A stretch of DNA of 32,000 nt, from NCBI GenBank assembly GCA_031316235.1, contig JALDRA010000001.1:1890001-1922000 (forward strand). The letters are read 5' to 3'. Below the pieces are notes generated by a model, which saw only the letters and a program-made list of their open reading frames with translations, was not told where the DNA came from and did no database searches. The translations under genes were made by a program, and so were the position numbers. This document shows positions 26,670 to 32,000 of the stretch, piece by piece. The stretch comes from Candidatus Scalindua sp. (GTDB taxonomy: Bacteria > Planctomycetota > Brocadiia > Brocadiales > Scalinduaceae). How positions within the stretch are numbered: position 1 is the stretch's first letter; each line of letters begins with the position of its first letter.

Positions 26670-28268
26670 TTGTTGAACCAGCGTCTTGATCTTATCATTA
26701 GAAATGGTACCGTAGTTGACGGAACAAACAGCACAAAAAAAGTTGCAGATATTGGAATTCAAGGTAACACAATTGTCACTATAGGCGACATTGATCCGGC
26801 CTCAGATTGTAAAAGTATTGATGCATCTGGCGACATTGTCTCTCCCGGTTTCATCGATATCCATTCACACAGCGATTTCTTCAGCTTAGTGAACCCGAAG
26901 AGCGAAAGCAAAATTTACGATGGAGTCACAACTGAAATATGCGGGAACTGTGGGATCTCAGCCTTTCCCTTAAGAGGACAATTGCTTGAGAGAAGAAAAA
27001 AGGGATTTGCTAAATTCGGTCTGGAAATCGATTGGCAAAACACTGGTGAGTTTTTTGACAGACTCCATTCAGTACCAAGCTCCATGAACAGAGGTTTTTT
27101 GGTTGGCCACGGTAACATCCGATCAAGTGTCCTGGGATATGAAAACCGAGATCCAGATAAAAGAGAACTCGCAATAATGGGTGCAGAATTACATGATGCA
27201 TTGGAATCTGGCGCATTCGGGATGTCGAGCGGACTCGTTTATCCGTCTGGCTGTTACGCTAAGACATCAGAACTGATTGAGCTCTGTAGGATTGTTAGTG
27301 ATTACAATGGCATATATGCAACTCATATCAGAAACGAAGGAGACGAAATTGAAGCAGCCTTGACCGAAGCCGTACATATCGCCCTGTTGAGTAATGTAAG
27401 GACTCAAATATCTCACATCAAAACGTGGGGTGAGCAAAACTGGAGAAAAATAGAATGGATAGAACAACTATTAAATGATGCCAGGGCCAAGGATTCCGAA
27501 ATTTCATGTGATAGATATCCCTATATTGCGTCGGCAACTGACCTGGATATTATTCTACCCAACTGGGTATACGAAGGCGGTGTGACTGAGGAGATAAAAA
27601 AACTTAAAGCCAATCACTCAAAAAATAAAATCATCAAGGAAATGAGACAGGTAAATGAAATACCCGGTTTTTGGGAAAGCATTATGATTTCCTCCGTATT
27701 CAGCGATAATAAGAAACAGTATGAAGGGGCAACTGTTGCAGAAATTGCCAAAACGTTGAAAATGCCTCCTTTGGAGTTTGTCCTTGATCTGTTATGCGAA
27801 GAAGAGTGCAAGGTGAGTGCATTATTCTTCAGCATGTCTGAAAAAAACCTTGACAAAATCCTTAATTGGGATTTTGTAATGATAGGCTCCGACAGCTCTT
27901 TACGTTCCACCACCGGAATATTACATTACGGAAAACCACATCCAAGATGTTACGGTACATTTTCAAGGGTAATAAGAAAATATGTTAACGAAAAAAAAAT
28001 TATTTCTCTTGAAGAGGCGATTCACAAAATGACATCATTACCCGCTCAAAAACTTCATCTGAAAAAGAGAGGTATTTTAAAAGAAGGGTACTTTGCCGAC
28101 ATTACAATCTTTGATCAGAAATCGATTAGTGATCAGGCTACATACTCAAACCCTCACAACTACTCAAGAGGTATTAAACATGTGATTGTTAATGGAAAAC
28201 TTACCTTGACAGATGGTAAACATACAGGTCTATTAAATGGAAAAATTCTGAGAAATTCAATATCATGA
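26670..28268 (+). CDS. N-acyl-D-amino-acid deacylase family amidohydrolase (D-aminoacylase-like)
   Basis: TTG start. Motifs DLIIRNGTVVDGT, PGFIDIHSHSD, SHIK and MIGSDS, plus the C-terminal GYFADITIFD typical of the family. Confidence 0.8.
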   Translation: MLNQRLDLIIRNGTVVDGTNSTKKVADIGIQGNTIVTIGDIDPASDCKSIDASGDIVSPGFIDIHSHSDFFSLVNPKSESKIYDGVTTEICGNCGISAFPLRGQLLERRKKGFAKFGLEIDWQNTGEFFDRLHSVPSSMNRGFLVGHGNIRSSVLGYENRDPDKRELAIMGAELHDALESGAFGMSSGLVYPSGCYAKTSELIELCRIVSDYNGIYATHIRNEGDEIEAALTEAVHIALLSNVRTQISHIKTWGEQNWRKIEWIEQLLNDARAKDSEISCDRYPYIASATDLDIILPNWVYEGGVTEEIKKLKANHSKNKIIKEMRQVNEIPGFWESIMISSVFSDNKKQYEGATVAEIAKTLKMPPLEFVLDLLCEEECKVSALFFSMSEKNLDKILNWDFVMIGSDSSLRSTTGILHYGKPHPRCYGTFSRVIRKYVNEKKIISLEEAIHKMTSLPAQKLHLKKRGILKEGYFADITIFDQKSISDQATYSNPHNYSRGIKHVIVNGKLTLTDGKHTGLLNGKILRNSIS

Positions 28269-28958
28269 TTTTTTACCACAAAGGAAAAAAGAATCCGAAA
28301 GTGTTTTCCCGAACCGTTACCATTTCCTACTCGTCTCTTCTGTGCGGGATTTTTGGCAGAGCTAAACGATTGAAAAGTTTTTCATGCATGTCAAAATTAG
28401 CATGCCGGTTAATCTCCATATACTCGTTAAAAATTCTTCCATTCTTTTAATACTCTAAACTTCATATTGTTACTTTTTAATCAGTTTTTTATTGACAAGA
28501 GGAAATAATTCGTTACATTACTTCTGGAATTTGGCATCCACAGAGTTCCCTCTTTCGGCAAATATCATTTCTCGTATTGCAGAAAATCTGCTTCTACAGA
28601 ACATAACTAAAAAACCGGTTGTAAATATATATAAACCATTAAGAACAGCTGTATCATCGTTCAGTAAAAAAAAGTGGCATGTTAACACGATCAGTTTTCA
28701 GTCAGATCTGATAGGGCTGATTGCCAAGCCTCGGGACCTGAGGCGCCCTGAGAATTCAGCAAATAAATAGCGGACAAAGGTGGTCTGGAAATGAGATGCC
28801 AAAAGGTAATTGCGTTCGCCATCCTCTTCCGTACCGGGAAGGACGAACAGCCAGTAAACTTGCGGGGGCAGGCGGGAATACCAGGATAATCTTTACTGAA
28901 CCCTTGATAATTCCTATCAAAAAAAGCACTACTAAAAATTTTCTTTAAGGAGTCATTT

Positions 28959-29405
28959 ATGGCAAATGTTAAAAAAACCCCAGGTAAAAAGAAAACAACC
29001 GCTGATAACAGTGGCAATTCTCCAGAAAAAAAAGCTGCAAACAAGAGGCGGAGCAGCCAGACGAAGAAGCCCCCAGGAAGAGAAACAAGCTCCAGTGTAA
29101 AAAGGCAGCGGGTAAAAAAATCTCAAAATAGTATTACTCCAAAAAAGAGTACGAAAGTAACTTCAAGCAGAAAAAGGGAAACTGATACAGCCTCAAAAGC
29201 AAAAAAGAACCCTGTAAAGAGGAGCCCCTCCACAAGTATTTCGAAAAAACCTCCTCAAGAACAAGTGTTGATGAGTAGCAGGGGAGGCGAAACAAAAAAG
29301 ACAGAAACTTCAATAACAGCAATATCACCAAAACCGTCAACTAACGGGCAAAAAGTGGTGCCCATTATCGCCATAAAAAACTATATTATGAACTTTTTTG
29401 CTTAA
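28959..29405 (+). CDS. Highly basic Lys/Ser/Thr/Pro-rich low-complexity protein (possible histone-H1-like nucleoid protein)
   Basis: AAGGAG Shine-Dalgarno about 7 nt upstream. By my count there are 28 Lys, 9 Arg and 8 acidic residues in 148 aa. The last ~20 aa are hydrophobic. Coordinates are taken from the ORF track. Confidence 0.6.
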   Translation: MANVKKTPGKKKTTADNSGNSPEKKAANKRRSSQTKKPPGRETSSSVKRQRVKKSQNSITPKKSTKVTSSRKRETDTASKAKKNPVKRSPSTSISKKPPQEQVLMSSRGGETKKTETSITAISPKPSTNGQKVVPIIAIKNYIMNFFA

Positions 29406-29905
29406 CATATGTCTTACTTTAACGATATCATATAAAACAATCAGGGCTTTGCTAATTGATTACAGATACAGGTTTGGATTTTCCATTTTAAATGTCAGGA
29501 AACGTCTCAATTACTTTTTTTTGTTCGTGTGCGGAAAACAGATGCCTCAATGGAGAAAACGCTTGGTGCCCCGGTACGGGTGAATGGTAACCATTCCGGT
29601 AAGGCGCACGGGGTGCCATTTTGGTGTGCCAAGCATCACACAGGCAGACACGGACAGGTGTTCACGCACAGGCAAATCAGGATGTAGTTGATCTGATACA
29701 TCCAATTCGTACCCGATGTTAGTTTATCAGAATTTATAAAGCCCAGCTATTTCCCCCACAAAACATGTAGTTCAATACCTGCTTTCCACCGCAGAAAACT
29801 TTAACTCTGATTATTTATAACAAGAGTCTCTTCCGGCAACTTAAATCAAATTGATTCTGTATCTAAACTTGAAATTATATCTTTGCGATAAGAAGAAATA
29901 TTTGT

Positions 29906-30583
29906 ATGAAAAAAAACGTTACAGGCCTGATTATTATCATTTTTCTCATCATTATGGTGTGTGGTGTCGGATATCAAAAATTTTATCGTTACCGATATGA
30001 AAATACCATTCTAAAGAAAATTATTGATCGATTGGAAGCAGATTCCAAGGTAGCCGAAATCCTCGTCACAGAAGCTAGGGAAGACAAAGAAACGGGTAAA
30101 AAAAAGACAACCATAAAATTCTTAGAATATGATGTTCATGGAAAACCGTTAGAACCGAAATATTTTGAATTTTCAAGTAATATCATTCAATTTCAATCAC
30201 TGGTCATCCGTTTTGAAGATATGTATGTTCGCCAGCATGATCAATTCAGGGGGAAAAGCGCTTTTATTTTCTGGAAAGCATTTTATTTAAATGGGAAAAA
30301 CACCGAAGAGTATGAAATAAACAAAATGTACGAGATTCCTTCAGGATATAAGCTATCGGACAAAGAATTACGGATGGAGAAATCATTATGGAAGAAATTT
30401 TGGCAATATGCTCTCGATCAAAAAGCTGCGAAAGAGCAAGGCATTAAAAATGTTCAGATTGAAGCACCTGGTTCACTGTTTCTACCAGGTTATTTATACA
30501 CATTAAAAATTGAACATGACGGAGGTTTGCGCATCGATTCGAGGCCTTTTTCTCATATTATCCGTGGAGAACATATACCTTAG
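29906..30583 (+). CDS. Hypothetical membrane-anchored protein
   Basis: One N-terminal TM helix (GLIIIIFLIIMVCGVG) followed by a ~190 aa soluble domain. No family recognised. Confidence 0.6.
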   Translation: MKKNVTGLIIIIFLIIMVCGVGYQKFYRYRYENTILKKIIDRLEADSKVAEILVTEAREDKETGKKKTTIKFLEYDVHGKPLEPKYFEFSSNIIQFQSLVIRFEDMYVRQHDQFRGKSAFIFWKAFYLNGKNTEEYEINKMYEIPSGYKLSDKELRMEKSLWKKFWQYALDQKAAKEQGIKNVQIEAPGSLFLPGYLYTLKIEHDGGLRIDSRPFSHIIRGEHIP

Positions 30584-30971
30584 GCATGCTAAAGATCCAT
30601 TTGTAATAACAGAGCCAATGAAATCGTAATAACTCCCTCAATTACTATCTTTCATTCATCTAAAGAAAACTTGAATTGTGAATCAGACTATGTTTTAATG
30701 GACTGAAATCAAAATGAGTTGAGGCAACATGGCGAGAGGTGTATGAAAAAAGTCTTGCCGTATCATAAAACTGCTCTGAAAGAGAATATTTCACATTTTA
30801 TCGTAATGAGTTCTTGAACTAAAACACACTGGTTGAACCAAAGCTGCACAGATACAAGGTCAAATCATTTCTGAGCCGGATTGTATCAATGTGCTTGAGG
30901 ATGAAGAAATTTTTACCGCACCGCAACAGATGGTGAGTTTCCGTTCAGCCGCTAATTTAGGAGAATAAATC

Positions 30972-31571
30972 ATGCTTAAGGCATTGTTGAAAAAAATGGT
31001 AGTACCCGTTGGCCTTCTATCTCTCTTTCTGCTTGGAAGTGTTTATATGCAATCTGCATATGCCGGCACCCCGACATTGGTACAGATGAAGACTTCAAAA
31101 GGAGATATGACGATTGAGCTGTTTGATGAAAAAGCCCCTGTAACGGTAAAGAATTTTTTATCATATGTGACTGAAGGCTTTTTCGACAATCTTATATTCC
31201 ATAGAGTGATATCAGGCTTCATGATTCAGGGTGGAGGTCTTGATTCCGAGATGAGGCAGAAGGAGACCAGGTCACCGATCAAGAACGAGGCGGCAAAAGA
31301 TTTAAAAAACAGAAAATACACCATAGCAATGGCGAGAACCGGTATTATTGATAGCGCAACCTCCCAGTTCTTTATCAACCTCGTAGACAATGAGAATCTC
31401 GATCATAAAAATACTACCCGTGGCGGTTTTGGATACGCTGTGTTCGGGAAGGTTATAGAAGGCCTGGATGTTGTAGACGCTATAGGCAGGGTTAAGACTG
31501 GTGTTAAAAATGGATTCAGTGATGTACCAGTAGAACCTGTCTTTATTAAGAAGATGACTGTTTTAGATTAA
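30972..31571 (+). CDS. ppiA: Periplasmic peptidyl-prolyl cis-trans isomerase, cyclophilin type
   Basis: Signal peptide ending SAYA, then FHRVISGFMIQGGG, IAMAR...ATSQFFIN and the FGKVIEGLDVVD cyclophilin core. Confidence 0.9.
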   Translation: MLKALLKKMVVPVGLLSLFLLGSVYMQSAYAGTPTLVQMKTSKGDMTIELFDEKAPVTVKNFLSYVTEGFFDNLIFHRVISGFMIQGGGLDSEMRQKETRSPIKNEAAKDLKNRKYTIAMARTGIIDSATSQFFINLVDNENLDHKNTTRGGFGYAVFGKVIEGLDVVDAIGRVKTGVKNGFSDVPVEPVFIKKMTVLD

Positions 31572-31663
31572 GTGTGAAATGAGACGGCAAGGAACCTGAC
31601 AAGTTTTTCTTAAGAAAATTCCTATACAATTACATGATGATTACGATAAGGGAGAGAAGCTGA

Positions 31664-32000
31664 ATGAACAAAAAAAGTCTAGAGAAGACAATATTTACAA
31701 TATCACTATTTTTTGGTATTTTTGCCGGTATTACTACTACTTTTGCGGATTCTCTAAGAGTTGACGTTGGAGCTACTCAGGTCCCTGGCTTTAAAAGATA
31801 CTGTTTTCAGGTAATTAATGATGATGAAAATGAGTCCAACCCCAAACATCATATTGAACCTATTGCTTCACTTACTATAAAATACATCGCCAAGGAAGCA
31901 ACTGCCGCTGACCATAGATTCAGAGGAAATATTACCGGTCCTGATCTCTGGAATCCCAATGTTACCATCCTCAGCAAGGAACAGGAAATTACCTGGACAT
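31664..32000 (+). CDS. 5' part of a hypothetical secreted protein running off the right edge
   Basis: The ATG at 31664 is preceded by GGGAGAG. The frame is open to nt 32000 when I translate by hand (MNKKSLEKTIFTISLFFGIFAGITTTFADSLRVDVG...). It is absent from the ORF track because no stop codon falls within the window. Confidence 0.5.
   Translation, partial: MNKKSLEKTIFTISLFFGIFAGITTTFADSLRVDVGATQVPGFKRYCFQVINDDENESNPKHHIEPIASLTIKYIAKEATAADHRFRGNITGPDLWNPNVTILSKEQEITWT

Noticed and set aside
28265-29044. ORFs 28265..28450(+), 28492..28770(+) and 28691..29044(-)
   Set aside because: They have implausible compositions and non-ATG or weak starts. The 28492 'start' TTG is better read as a -35-like TTGACA. 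The minus-strand ORF is antisense to the Shine-Dalgarno-preceded basic-protein gene.
1-32000. CRISPR arrays, rRNA genes, tmRNA, and sigma-54 (TGGCAC-N5-TTGC) promoters
   Set aside because: I found no regularly spaced repeats, no rRNA- or tmRNA-like conserved strings, and only partial TGGCA matches (for example 24913 and 28531) that lack a correctly spaced TTGC.

Overview
This 32-kb window looks like bacterial chromosome of about 40-48% GC by hand counts. Its housekeeping content fits a diderm organism (sigma-54, a PpiD-like chaperone, a periplasmic cyclophilin, an S41 protease).

The left third (1-16.7 kb) is mostly minus-strand core genes:
- a c-di-GMP pair (PilZ and HD-GYP) flanking a secreted tail-fibre-like repeat protein
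- a HAD phosphatase-like protein and an ABC exporter
- nnrD, larB, tsaD, a ctp-type protease, tRNA-Phe, ribF, a PpiD-like protein and a CPBP protease

The right part (20.9-32 kb) is plus-strand core:
- tRNA-Arg(ACG), tadA and two tRNA-Ser genes
- a long Alu-domain SRP RNA followed by dnaX, ybaB, recR and rpoN
- a D-aminoacylase, a very basic Lys/Ser/Thr-rich small protein, and a cyclophilin

Between these blocks (about 17.1-20.7 kb) lies an AT-rich island of roughly 25-33% GC with no recognisable integrase. It encodes a P-loop NTPase broken by a frameshift in an A9 run, followed by a tightly coupled three-gene operon. That operon has a TIGR04255-like protein and two small proteins I cannot assign to any family. 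The island together with the tRNA/tadA cluster is bracketed by two 100-bp direct repeats that are 91% identical. I rate this cassette the best candidate for an undescribed defence or conflict system.

I saw no CRISPR array, rRNA, transposase or integrase. Coordinates read by hand from the raw sequence (tRNAs, SRP RNA, hairpins) may be off by 1-2 nt.
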